From the NCBI GenBank assembly GCA_965197525.1, contig OZ240211.1:320001-384000 (forward strand): a stretch of 64,000 bases of DNA. Reading direction: 5' to 3'. Positions 10,046 to 20,794 of this stretch are shown here, in pieces. The translations under genes were made by a program, and so were the position numbers. The stretch's first letter is position 1; every line of letters begins with the position of its first letter. Under the pieces are notes generated by a model, which saw only the letters and a program-made list of their open reading frames with translations, did not search any database and was not told where the DNA came from. Source of the DNA: Nitrosopumilus sp. Lineage in GTDB: Archaea > Thermoproteota > Nitrososphaeria > Nitrososphaerales > Nitrosopumilaceae.

Positions 10046-11529
10046 GGGAGTACAAAATAAAACTTGCTACCCACGTCAACTTGACTCTCTACGCCTATAG
10101 TGCCACCTAAACTCTCAACAATACCCTTACATATAGAAAGTCCCAAACCCGTTCCCCCATGTTTTCTCGTAGCTGATGTATCTGCCTGATAAAATTTAGA
10201 AAATAGTTGCTTTTGCTTCTCAGGCATAATACCAACCCCGTTATCTTTGACTGCAAAGTGAACGTTAGAGTCTATCTGCGATATAGTAATATCGATTCTT
10301 CCAGTATCTTTAGGAATAAAGTCGACTGCATTATATGTTAGATTAGTAATTACCTGCTCAATTCTCTGTCGATCACTAGTCATTGTAATCTCTTGATCTA
10401 TTGCTGTATTAATGGTGATCATCTTCTCCTTGGCAACATAGTTAAATGATAAGCCTATATTTTTCAAAAGATCATTGAGTGAAAATTCTTTCATTTCAAA
10501 ATGCATTTTTCCTAACTCTAATTTGTGCACATCAAGAAGATCTCCTATCAAAGTTCGTAATCGCTTTGCATTTGCAAGAATTGTATTCATAGCATTGGTT
10601 TGTTTTTCATTCAAATCTCCAATCATTCCTGGTTTGAGTAATGCTTGAGAAAATCCTACAATAGGTGTAAGTGGGGATTTTAATTCATGGGTCACAACTG
10701 AAAGAAATTCTTCTTTTTGTCTCTCGATAGCAGTGAGATCGTCTAAATCTTTTTTTGTCTTATGCAAGTCAGATGTATCTTTTATCACCACATTTCTACC
10801 AATCAATACGTTGTTATCATCATATAGGTTGGTAGGGGTAAGATGAGATGGGAACTCTGTGCCATCTTTTTTAAGCATCCATATTACTGAGCTTTGTATT
10901 AATCCATCCTTTGCCCATTTTTTCATATTAGAGGTTATAGCATCCTTGCTTCTGGGTGCAGTGTGTTCAACAAGATCAATTCCAATTACTTCGTCTTTTG
11001 TGTATCCTAGCTTTTCAAGATATGATCTGTTACAGTCAAGTATAATGCCGTCAATGTTTACGGTTCGATACATATCCGGAGAGTTGTCGTACAGACTTTC
11101 GTATTTTTTGAGCTTGACTAAATTTTGTAGAGTCTTTATTTCTGACATATCGCGCAAACGAGTACCAAATCCGATTATGTTTCCATCAGAGTCGCGTTTG
11201 CTCTCAACTGTCATCAATACATTGACAAACTCTCCAGTCTTTGTAATCAGATGAATCTTTACATGACGAGTCTCATCAGTATCCTTCCATTTTGAAATGG
11301 CCTGAGTTATCTTGAGGTGATCACTGTTAGGTGAGTGTGCAGTAGAAGGGGTCTCAATAACATCACTACGTATGTAGCCTAAACGTTCTAGGTAATAGTC
11401 GTTACAGTTGACGATTATTCCGTTGTTATCTACCTCTCTATACAATATCTCAAGCGTTTTTCTAATTTTTAGTCCAGTTTCTTGAGTTATCACTTTGGAG
11501 GTTAGTTCTTTGTACATACCATTTATCAC
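10030..11529 (-). CDS. Soluble PAS-PAS histidine kinase
   Basis: Two PAS/PAC-like repeats, H-box THELKSPL, N-box NLTYNAVDF, DNGVG and GGTGLGL; no TM segment. Confidence 0.92.
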   Translation of the reverse strand: MINGMYKELTSKVITQETGLKIRKTLEILYREVDNNGIIVNCNDYYLERLGYIRSDVIETPSTAHSPNSDHLKITQAISKWKDTDETRHVKIHLITKTGEFVNVLMTVESKRDSDGNIIGFGTRLRDMSEIKTLQNLVKLKKYESLYDNSPDMYRTVNIDGIILDCNRSYLEKLGYTKDEVIGIDLVEHTAPRSKDAITSNMKKWAKDGLIQSSVIWMLKKDGTEFPSHLTPTNLYDDNNVLIGRNVVIKDTSDLHKTKKDLDDLTAIERQKEEFLSVVTHELKSPLTPIVGFSQALLKPGMIGDLNEKQTNAMNTILANAKRLRTLIGDLLDVHKLELGKMHFEMKEFSLNDLLKNIGLSFNYVAKEKMITINTAIDQEITMTSDRQRIEQVITNLTYNAVDFIPKDTGRIDITISQIDSNVHFAVKDNGVGIMPEKQKQLFSKFYQADTSATRKHGGTGLGLSICKGIVESLGGTIGVESQVDVGSKFYFVLPCTKN

Positions 11530-12194
11530 ACCGTTTCATCAATATCAGTACTTAACCGATCAGCCAAATACATTATCTTTTTCTTGATCCCATCGTATTT
11601 GACAGAGATTTTATGCACATCATCAATCAGATCTTCGGAATCTATTAAAAATTTTTCAATCTCATCTAGTAACACAGGATCAATTGTGCTTATGGAGAGG
11701 TTTATGGTATTACGCATTCTGCCAAAAATCTTACGTGATTTTACAAGCATCTTATCCACATCGGGATTGTGAATCCAGTCATCGTTGTCAGATGTGGAAA
11801 ATTTATGCAGCATTCCAAAACATAAGAGCAGTGCTCCGCAATCATTTTTGAAGGCCTGTCTAGCATATTGTTTTAGCCTATCCCTCATTTTTTTCTCTTC
11901 TAGGAGAATATCCTTAGTGTCGCCCAAAGAAGTACGTATCAAACTCATGAGATCTATGTGTTTCTTATTCATTATACGTACCAAGTATAGGAAAATAGTA
12001 ACAAATATTATCGCAAGTAAAACATCGCCGATAATTGATATCCATAAAGAGTTGAAACGATGTGAGGATTCTTCAGTCACTGACTGCTGTTCTGCAAAGG
12101 CATACAGTGCTGTCATTTCACTGCCAAATACAAACATGGAACCAAATATAATTAAAAATACAGCATACATGCTAAAAGTTTTGTTCATTATCAT
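11526..12194 (-). CDS. Membrane protein translationally coupled to the histidine kinase; paralog of 7613-8269
   Basis: Two hydrophobic segments, YAFAE cleavage-like motif and a 4-bp overlap with the kinase start. Confidence 0.75.
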   Translation of the reverse strand: MIMNKTFSMYAVFLIIFGSMFVFGSEMTALYAFAEQQSVTEESSHRFNSLWISIIGDVLLAIIFVTIFLYLVRIMNKKHIDLMSLIRTSLGDTKDILLEEKKMRDRLKQYARQAFKNDCGALLLCFGMLHKFSTSDNDDWIHNPDVDKMLVKSRKIFGRMRNTINLSISTIDPVLLDEIEKFLIDSEDLIDDVHKISVKYDGIKKKIMYLADRLSTDIDETV

Positions 12195-12879
12195 CGTAAG
12201 TCACAGGATATGTTAATTGTACATCAAGATATAGTTTGCTCATATAACAGTATTTACAAAGTTATTTGAATCGTGTGATACACCAATCAAGTTATTTCCT
12301 ATGACTTCTACTACTTTTTTTGCATCATCTTGATTAATCAGGAATATTTGATGTACTCATACAATAAAAATTGTATAACAGAACCAAGACGACATCCTCA
12401 AGACTGTATACGGCGTTATGCTTTGTTGACAAGGATCTTTGCACACTTCAATGTGTCATGCAAGACATTGAATTCTTTTTTTTTTTTGTAACGTTGTCTT
12501 GGAAATTCCATTCATTTTTCTGGTTTGACATGTTAACTGGTCAAATTTTGATCTTTTAGCCCCTCCCATATATCAAAAAATTATGTGCGTCAGCTTGTAA
12601 AATTATGCGTAAAAAACGTGTGTAGAGAGTACATTTTCAACTTTTGACAAACACATGATAATATTATATTACATCTATATAAAATCAAAGTCTAATGTTG
12701 TTAGTCTTACACTCTTTTCTTTTATTCAATTTTGGTGTGTTTTTGCAGTTTGCATTTCTAAAAAACTCCAAATTTCTTACGGATAAACATATTTGCGAAT
12801 ATTGTTTACACATATCAACTCATTTAGTCAATAATATTTTAGTTGGGATTGTAATTACAAATTTTTATTCAAAAACTTA

Positions 12880-15800
12880 GTGAAAAAAAAATTGGTTAAG
12901 AATATTTTTGCTTTTTGCACAAGTGGTGGATTCAACAGTCATACTGGTTATCAAAAATTGCAGTTACATTGGCTTTTGTCCCTCTCTGTAGTACTGGTAT
13001 CTGGGATGCTTGTATTGCACCCTGGTGTGTATGATACATTTCAGATATCCGGTTGGGAGGAGAAAGGGGAGGGGAATATATTTGGTGTATTGCCCATAAA
13101 AGATAATGCGTTATCTTTAGGATCATTCCAAGATGTCATTGTATCTGCAACATCTGCAAACAAAGCAGAAGATGATATCACACTGCCTATAGATTCCGTA
13201 TTCCTTGCAGCTTGGACTGATCTGATGGATTCAGTAACGCATTCAATATTACCCATACCCGCATACGCTCAAACACCTAACTCTGATGCCTTTATAACTA
13301 CGTGGGATACTACCGGGGAAGAGGCTCACCCCACACTAGCTGTCGCTTCTGTTAAATTTCATATAGATGTTAAACCTGGCAGTCAAGTAACAGTTGATTG
13401 GGGGAACGGTCAATCAAATACGTACAATGCATCACAAGGCGTGTCTCATGATTATCAAAACAGTCAACCTGGTGTATCCAAAACCAATACTATTTCAATC
13501 ACAGGTGATTTGGAGCACTTTTATTTTTATTATGTTGAACCTTTCAAAACTCACGATTCCCCGCAGTTACTCATGTCACTAGACCAATGGGGTGATGCCA
13601 AATGGACTGATATGACCAATATGTTCAGAGGTGCTACAAACATGCAGTATAATGTAACTGATGTGCCTGATCTCTCTTCTAATCCTGATGTAAAGTACAT
13701 GTTCAGATCCGTCCATTCGTTTAACGGTGATCTGTCCAACTGGGATGTATCTAAAATGACTGATTTGGGATACATGTTCGCCGATACGCCATCTTTTAAC
13801 TCTGATATCTCAGGTTGGGATGTATCTAAGGTAACTCATATGCCTTACATGTTTCACAATTCCCCCTCCTTTAACGCAGACATCTCAGATTGGGATGTCT
13901 CATCTGTGGAATACATGTTTTACATGTTCGCCGCCGCAACCTCTTTTAACGCAGACATCTCAGATTGGGATGTCTCATCTGTGGTATTCATGTATAATAT
14001 GTTCGGTGCAGCAACCTCTTTTAACGCAGACATCTCAGGCTGGGATGTCTCATCTATGTATAGTATGGGTCTGATGTCTTCTATATTCTACGATGCATCT
14101 TCATTTGACCGTAATTTGGGACCTTGGTTTATCGTACTAGAAGATACGGTTGTAGGCCATGACAAGACAGTGGTCACCCCCATATCCTCACAGATTGAGT
14201 TTGATGCAAATACTAACAACTATGACATTACAGGCGCTGATGCCAATTATTTTACAATCACAGACGGGGGGCATCTTGTCCTCAACTCCCCATCTGACTA
14301 TAACTCTAAATCCCAATATGACATAACAATAACTGCCAACAACGCAGGTGTGGACAAACTGTATCTTGATGTGGCACCTTCCATTTCTGTTACTATTACA
14401 GTCAAACAACCCTCTGATACAGCTGTCACATCCATTGCAAGATACAACCCCTTGACACAGACTACTGATAGTAGTACACTTTCATTCAATGTACTGTTCA
14501 GTGATGATGTAACCAACGTAAACTCGGAGGACTTTGAGCTGTCTTCGAGCAGTCCTACAAATACCATGGAACATACGTACACCAGTACCCCATCACTATT
14601 CATACCATATGATACTGTCAAGACAGATACAATTACCGTATCTGACTCTGACACTGTCTCTGCAGTATCAGTTGCCGTAGACATTACCCACGCATGGATA
14701 GGCGATCTTCTAGTCGAACTCATCTCGCCTGACAATCAAGTAGTAACACTGCACAACTATGCCGGTGGCTCTACAGACGACATCGTGAAAACATACACAC
14801 TTGAATACGACGATGACGTCTCAATTAACGGTGACTGGCAGTTGCGCCTGTATGATAACTATAATGCTGATAGTGGGACCTTGAACAACTGGTCAATTGC
14901 ATTCGGTGATGACTCTGCATCCAATTCTATCACGTCAGTGACAGGTTCTGGCAGCCTGTACTATGTTACAGTCGCATCACCCCAGGCAGGTACATACAAC
15001 TTGGATATCGCAGAAGACAACGACATTGTAGACGCTTCAAATAATTCATTGTCCAGCCGTACACCCACAGGCGATGATCAGTCATACACCGTTACTACAC
15101 CAACTGATACTGCAACAGCTGATAACACACCTCCGGTACTCACACTTACAGGTTTGTCTACCGTAACTATGGGTACGGGCACCACATATACTGAGGACGG
15201 TGCCACCTGTATCGACAACAATGACGGCGATATCTCGTCCCAGATTGGCATGACAGGTTCAGTGAATACAGGAACAGCTGGAACATACGTTATAACCTAT
15301 ACATGTACAGATGCTGCCAATAATCCTGCTACACCGATAACTAGAACAGTCAGCGTTGCAGACTCGCCACCAACTGTTACATCCATCACAAGGCACAGTC
15401 CTACAGAACAAAACACGAGTAACAGCACGCTTCAGTTCAGTGTACTGTTCAGTGAGACTGTAACTGGTGTAAGTCAGGACGATTTTGAGCTGTCCTCAGA
15501 CAGTCCAACAGATGTTACCTCTCAGCCATTTACGTACTCTAGTACGCCATCCCTCTTTGTACCATATAATGTAATCAAGACAGATACAATCACCGTAACT
15601 GACTCTGGCACTGTTACATCAGTGTCAGTATCAGTGGATATCACACATACCTACATTGGCGATCTAAAGGTGGAACTCGTTGCACCTGACAATACAGTCC
15701 GTATACTTCATAATCATATCGGCGGGTCAGATGATGATATTGTCAAAACTTACACACTTGAATACGACGATGACGTCTCAATTAACGGCAACTGGCAGTT

Positions 15801-17946
15801 GCGCATGTATGATAACTATGACGCAGATGAGGGAACATTGAACAGCTGGTCAATTACGCTTGGTGATGGCTCTGTAGCTAATCCTATCACAGCAGTGACA
15901 GGTTCTAACAACCAGTACTACGTTACAGTGGACTCGTCCCAAGCAGGTACATACAACCTGGATATCGCAGAAGATAACGACATTGTAGACGCTTCAAATA
16001 ATTCATTGTCCAGCCGTACACCCACAGGCGATGATCAGTCATACACTGTTACTGCAACAGCTGATAACACACCTCCGGTACTCACACTTACAGGTTTGTC
16101 TACCGTAACTGTGGTTATGGGCACCACATATACTGAGGACGGCGCCACCTGTATCGACAACAATGACGGCGATATCTCGTCGCAGATTGGCATGACAGGT
16201 TCAGTGAATACCGGAACAGCTGGAACATACGTTATAACCTATACATGTACAGATGCTGCCAATAATCCTGCTACACCGATAACTAGAACAATCAGTGTTG
16301 TGGATCCATCTCCAACCGTTACATCCATCACAAGGCACAGTCCTGCAGAACAAAACACGGGTAACAGCACGCTTCAGTTCAGTGTACTGTTCAGTGAGAC
16401 TGTAACCGGTGTAGGCCAGGACGATTTTGAGCTGTCCTCAGACAGTCCAACAGATGCTACTCCTCAGACATTTACATATTCTAGTGAGCCATCCCTCTTT
16501 GTACCATATGATGTAACCAAGACAGATACAATCACCGTAACTGACTCTGCAACTGTTACATCAGTGTCAGTATCAGTGGATATCACACATACCTACATTG
16601 GCGATCTAAAGGTGGAACTCGTTGCACCTGACAATACAGCCCATACACTTCATAATCATATCGGCGGGTCATCTGATGATATTGTCAAAACATACACACC
16701 TGACTTTGGAAGTGTCTCAATTAACGGTGATTGGCAGTTGCGCCTGTATGATAACTATGACGCAGATGAGGGAACATTGAACAGCTGGTCAATTACGTTT
16801 GGTGATGGCTCTACGCCTAATCCCATCACAGCAGTGACAGGTTCTGACAACCAGTACTATGTTACAGTCGCATCATCCCAGGCAGGCACATACAACCTGG
16901 ATATTGCAGAAGATAACAACATTGTAGATTCTTCAAATAATTCACTGTCCAGCCGTACACCCACAGGCGATGATCAGTCATACACTGTTACTGCAACAGC
17001 TGATAACACACCTCCGGTACTCACACTTACAGGTTTGTCTACCGTAACTATGGGTGTGGGCACCACATATACTGAGGACGGCGCCACCTGTATCGACAAC
17101 AATGACGGCGATATCTCGTCGCAGATTGGCATGACAGGTTCAGTGAATACCGGAACAGCTGGAACATACACTATAACCTATACATGCACAGATGCTGCCG
17201 ATAATCCTGCTACACCGATAACTAGAACAGTCAGCGTTGTGGACTCGCCACCAACCGTTACATCCATCACAAGGCACAGTCCTGCAGAACAAAACACGAG
17301 TAACAGCACGCTTCAGTTCAGTGTACTGTTCAGTGAGGCTGTAACTGGTGTAAGTCAGGACGATTTTGAGCTGTCCTCAGACAGTCCAACAGATGCTACT
17401 CCTCAGACATTTACATATTCTAGTGAGCCATCCCTCTTTGTACCATATGATGTAACCAAGACAGATACAATCACCGTATCTGACTCTGCCACTGTTACAT
17501 CAGTGTCAGTATCACTGAACATCACACATACCTACATCGGCGATCTAAAGGTGGAACTCGTTGCACCTGACAATACAGTCCGTATACTTCATAATCATAT
17601 CGGCGGGTCAGATGATGATATTGTCAAAACTTACACACTTGAATACGACGATGACGTCTCAATTAACGGCAACTGGCAGTTGCGCATGTATGATAACTAT
17701 GACGCAGATGAGGGAACCTTGAACAGCTGGTCAATTACGCTTGGTGATGGCTCTGTAGCTAATCCTATCACAGCAGTGACAGGTTCTGACAACCAGTACT
17801 ACGTTACAGTGGACTCGTCCCAAGCAGGTACATACAACCTGGATATCGCAGAAGATAACGACATTGTAGACGCTTCAAATAATTCATTGTCCAGCCGTAC
17901 ACCCACAGGCGATGATCAGTCATACACTGTTACTGCAACTAGTTAG
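12880..17946 (+). CDS. Giant surface protein: DUF285/BspA-like repeats, a cadherin-like domain, 4 Ig/P-domain modules and 3 DUF5011-like Ig domains
   Basis: FN(A/S)DISxWDVS repeats; P-domain motif HT(Y/W)IGDL..L..PD...HN..GGS.D...W.L...D....GTLNSW; DNTPPVLTL...Y.E.GATC.D..DGD domains. Confidence 0.85.
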   Translation: MKKKLVKNIFAFCTSGGFNSHTGYQKLQLHWLLSLSVVLVSGMLVLHPGVYDTFQISGWEEKGEGNIFGVLPIKDNALSLGSFQDVIVSATSANKAEDDITLPIDSVFLAAWTDLMDSVTHSILPIPAYAQTPNSDAFITTWDTTGEEAHPTLAVASVKFHIDVKPGSQVTVDWGNGQSNTYNASQGVSHDYQNSQPGVSKTNTISITGDLEHFYFYYVEPFKTHDSPQLLMSLDQWGDAKWTDMTNMFRGATNMQYNVTDVPDLSSNPDVKYMFRSVHSFNGDLSNWDVSKMTDLGYMFADTPSFNSDISGWDVSKVTHMPYMFHNSPSFNADISDWDVSSVEYMFYMFAAATSFNADISDWDVSSVVFMYNMFGAATSFNADISGWDVSSMYSMGLMSSIFYDASSFDRNLGPWFIVLEDTVVGHDKTVVTPISSQIEFDANTNNYDITGADANYFTITDGGHLVLNSPSDYNSKSQYDITITANNAGVDKLYLDVAPSISVTITVKQPSDTAVTSIARYNPLTQTTDSSTLSFNVLFSDDVTNVNSEDFELSSSSPTNTMEHTYTSTPSLFIPYDTVKTDTITVSDSDTVSAVSVAVDITHAWIGDLLVELISPDNQVVTLHNYAGGSTDDIVKTYTLEYDDDVSINGDWQLRLYDNYNADSGTLNNWSIAFGDDSASNSITSVTGSGSLYYVTVASPQAGTYNLDIAEDNDIVDASNNSLSSRTPTGDDQSYTVTTPTDTATADNTPPVLTLTGLSTVTMGTGTTYTEDGATCIDNNDGDISSQIGMTGSVNTGTAGTYVITYTCTDAANNPATPITRTVSVADSPPTVTSITRHSPTEQNTSNSTLQFSVLFSETVTGVSQDDFELSSDSPTDVTSQPFTYSSTPSLFVPYNVIKTDTITVTDSGTVTSVSVSVDITHTYIGDLKVELVAPDNTVRILHNHIGGSDDDIVKTYTLEYDDDVSINGNWQLRMYDNYDADEGTLNSWSITLGDGSVANPITAVTGSNNQYYVTVDSSQAGTYNLDIAEDNDIVDASNNSLSSRTPTGDDQSYTVTATADNTPPVLTLTGLSTVTVVMGTTYTEDGATCIDNNDGDISSQIGMTGSVNTGTAGTYVITYTCTDAANNPATPITRTISVVDPSPTVTSITRHSPAEQNTGNSTLQFSVLFSETVTGVGQDDFELSSDSPTDATPQTFTYSSEPSLFVPYDVTKTDTITVTDSATVTSVSVSVDITHTYIGDLKVELVAPDNTAHTLHNHIGGSSDDIVKTYTPDFGSVSINGDWQLRLYDNYDADEGTLNSWSITFGDGSTPNPITAVTGSDNQYYVTVASSQAGTYNLDIAEDNNIVDSSNNSLSSRTPTGDDQSYTVTATADNTPPVLTLTGLSTVTMGVGTTYTEDGATCIDNNDGDISSQIGMTGSVNTGTAGTYTITYTCTDAADNPATPITRTVSVVDSPPTVTSITRHSPAEQNTSNSTLQFSVLFSEAVTGVSQDDFELSSDSPTDATPQTFTYSSEPSLFVPYDVTKTDTITVSDSATVTSVSVSLNITHTYIGDLKVELVAPDNTVRILHNHIGGSDDDIVKTYTLEYDDDVSINGNWQLRMYDNYDADEGTLNSWSITLGDGSVANPITAVTGSDNQYYVTVDSSQAGTYNLDIAEDNDIVDASNNSLSSRTPTGDDQSYTVTATS
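14400..17940 (+). repeat. Long tandem repeats of about 1 kb (Ig/P-domain plus DUF5011-like unit)
   Basis: Near-identical DNA blocks recur, for example TTGTCCAGCCGTACACCCACAGGCGATGATCAGTCATACAC near 15050, 16010 and 17890, with a one-mismatch copy near 16945. Confidence 0.9.
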
Positions 17947-18239
17947 TTACATAACTCACAATAGTTATCATTCAGATTGCCAAATTCTTCTAGCTACTGA
18001 CTATGCTTACAAAATATGAATATAGTTAAAAGAACAAGTTCATTCGGATAATTATTTTGCATCGAAATACATATAGCTTAAACCTAACCCCAAACCTGCA
18101 TGACAGACACAGAATACAGCATGCTTTCAAGATGACATATAAAAAAGAAAGGGATCCTAGAATTTGTTGAAGAATTCTTGCAGTGCATGGTATGTGTGTT
18201 GAAAAAAAGTGTCAACTAGACTGCCGAAATTACTATGCG

Positions 18240-18412
18240 GGGTTCTGTTGGGTTATTGAGGGATCAATTCGTGATCTGAAGTCGTCGAGAGCTGGTAAAG
18301 ATCTCTGAAATTTATGCATACGGGAAAAACAAGTGGATCACACTGATTCAGAACGCCTCACTTCACATGGAAAATTCAGTGTGATTGATCCCTCGATAAC
18401 TCCGCAGAACCC
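18240..18412. repeat. 173-bp element bounded by a 29-bp imperfect inverted repeat (MITE-like or structured RNA)
   Basis: 18240-18268 pairs with 18384-18412 at 25/29. There is also an internal 10-bp stem ATCACACTGA/TCAGTGTGAT. Confidence 0.65.
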
Positions 18413-18463
18413 AGAATCAGATTCTGTTTAATAATGTGGATATAGCGTAAAAATTATTGGTGA

Positions 18464-19345
18464 TTATAAAGGAATTACCCCTAAAAGATAATCCACTAAT
18501 AATGAGAATTTGTCATTGTCTCTGTTGTTGTATCGCCACTCCATCTCTTTGATATACAACAGAAATTTTTCAGATCCTATGCCGTGATGTTTGGCAAGCT
18601 GTTCCTTTGCAAAGCTCCAGAATCCCTCTATGCCATTTATGTAAACTCTGCCTCTTGCAAATATCTTGCTGTGATCCACTGACATATGCTTGTACCCGTG
18701 AAACATCAACGAATCATATCCATGCCACATGTCCGTGTATACGATGCTTCCTCTCTTTACTTTCTTGATGGTTCCATGCAAAAGTGTCTTGGTCTTTACA
18801 TTCTTTACAATCTCCACATGAACCTTGCCGCCTCTCTCCAGTATTCCAAACACTATGGTCTTGTTTTTGGCACCACGCCCCCGATTTCCTTTTCTTTTAC
18901 CTCCAAAATACGCCTCATCAGCCTCAATTTCTCCTCTTACCTTCCTGTCGGATTTGGCCAGATTATACAGTATGCTGCGCCTGATGCAGTCAAATGCAAG
19001 TAATGCGGTAGGATAGCTAGTGCCGGTCTCAATTCCTGCACGTCTTGCACTTGTACCAAGCTCAAATAGTTTGATCAATGTAAGCCATTTTGTAAAATCA
19101 ATATTGATGTTGCCAAGCCACGTATTTTCAAATGGTTTGTAATCGAATCTGCAGTTCTGACACCGGAGCCTTGCTCTTGACATGACATAATATTTTTTGG
19201 AATTGCATGACGTACAGTTGATGGTATGTTTTCTTTTGAATCTGTTGCAAAGGAATTCTAATAACGACGCTTTGTCAGAAATGATTCCCGACAACTCAAT
19301 CAGACTGGTTTCCACCATGAATAATTAGAGATTATGGGTAATCTA
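18464..19345 (-). mobile_element. IS1595-family element; intact transposase 18464-19318
   Basis: N-terminal CxxC/CxxC Zn finger, HTH, EADEAYFGG, VYTD and INGIEGFWS. The ends are imperfect (ATTACCC.TAA....TAAT, about 18473 and 19343), and no clean TSD was found. Confidence 0.85.
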
Positions 19346-19448
19346 GATTATGCATAATTTATTCAAGTCTAACAACTGATTAATTTTAGTACTAGGACAA
19401 ATATTGATGATCATCTAATTCTATATCATACTAAACCAACGTTAGTGA

Positions 19449-20684
19449 ATGTCAAATCCATCTAAGATCAAGATGTTGCAAGATGCTCTTGCACAGTCCA
19501 AAAACGAAAACAAAAGACTAGAAATGGTTGTAGGGCAAAAGGACAAAGAGATAGAGCGGGTTGTAGGGCAAAAGGACAAAGAGTTGAGCTTTGAGCACAG
19601 CTTGTGGAAAACCAGACATAATACCAACATACAAGCAAGCCCGGAAAATGCCGCGCTGTTGCACAGACTTGAGACACTAGATGGCATAATAAATAACAAG
19701 AAACTGCTTCGTGGAGTAACATCGCTTAGCAAAGAAGTGTTTGAATATTTACTAGATAATTTTGAGAAGGAAATCAAAAAGTACAAAGATGCACCGTTAT
19801 TTCGTAACAACGAGTCAAGAGCAGAAGATCCCGGCAACCGTTGTAAACTCTATCCAAGACATGCACTTCTCATGTGTCTGATACGCTTCAAGGGCAATCG
19901 GACACAGGAAGACCTAGCGGCATTCTTTGGGATAGACCAGTCTAGCGTATGCGATTATCTCAAGTTCTGCAACAAGATACTTGGCATTATACTTCCAACA
20001 CCACACAAGATCTCAAAGGCGATATCAAATTGCAAGACTGCAGGTGAACTAAAAGAGTTTATTTCTGGAAATGGTGCAGGGGTGCTACTAGTCGATGGCA
20101 CTCACATACCAGTACTTCGTTCAGGTGACAAGGATAGAAGAAAAGAGACGTACTCAGGCAAGAAGAAGAGGCACACGTTAAACACCACCATAACAACTGC
20201 TACAAACAACATCATACTAGGACTAGGTAATACCGTAGTAGGCAAGACACACGACCTGACACTGCTCAAAGAGGATTCGCTTCCGTTTGGCAGATGGGCT
20301 AAAAAAATGCATGACGGGGACGCCCCCGCAAAAGAGAAATTCACAGTGTACATGGATCTAGGATATCTTGGGATACAAAATGCTATTCCCGGTGCAAACG
20401 TAATCATGCCTCACAAGAGACCACGTAAGAAAAAAGGAGAAAAGAAGAGAGGCAAGCTGACAGCTGTACAAAAAAAGCACAACAAAAAGGTCAGCAGTAT
20501 CAGGGTGACAGTAGAGAATAGTATCGGCAGGCTCAAACAGTATGCCAGGATGAGTGATCCGTATGATGGCACAGAAGATGAGCTCAACTACGAAATGAAT
20601 ATCGTTGCAGGCTTGGTAAACTTGCACCTGATGATGACACTTCGCAGAGGAAGTACCAAGATGCGCAAAAGATTCTGTGGTTAA
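19449..20684 (+). mobile_element. IS5-family ISL2-like (DDE_Tnp_4, Harbinger-related) transposase
   Basis: VDGTHIP, YSGKKKRHT, DLGYLG and HNKKVSSIRVTVENSIGRLK motifs; N-terminal coiled coil with duplicated VVGQKDKE. Element ends not resolved. Confidence 0.8.
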
Positions 20685-20794
20685 TACAAGGGCGGCAGTG
20701 ATGTCGCCATACCAATGACACAGCAATTACCGCGCACCTGACGTGCCGTATGCCTGCACAGGTTGTTTTGGTTTTTTTCGTTTCTATATCCATA

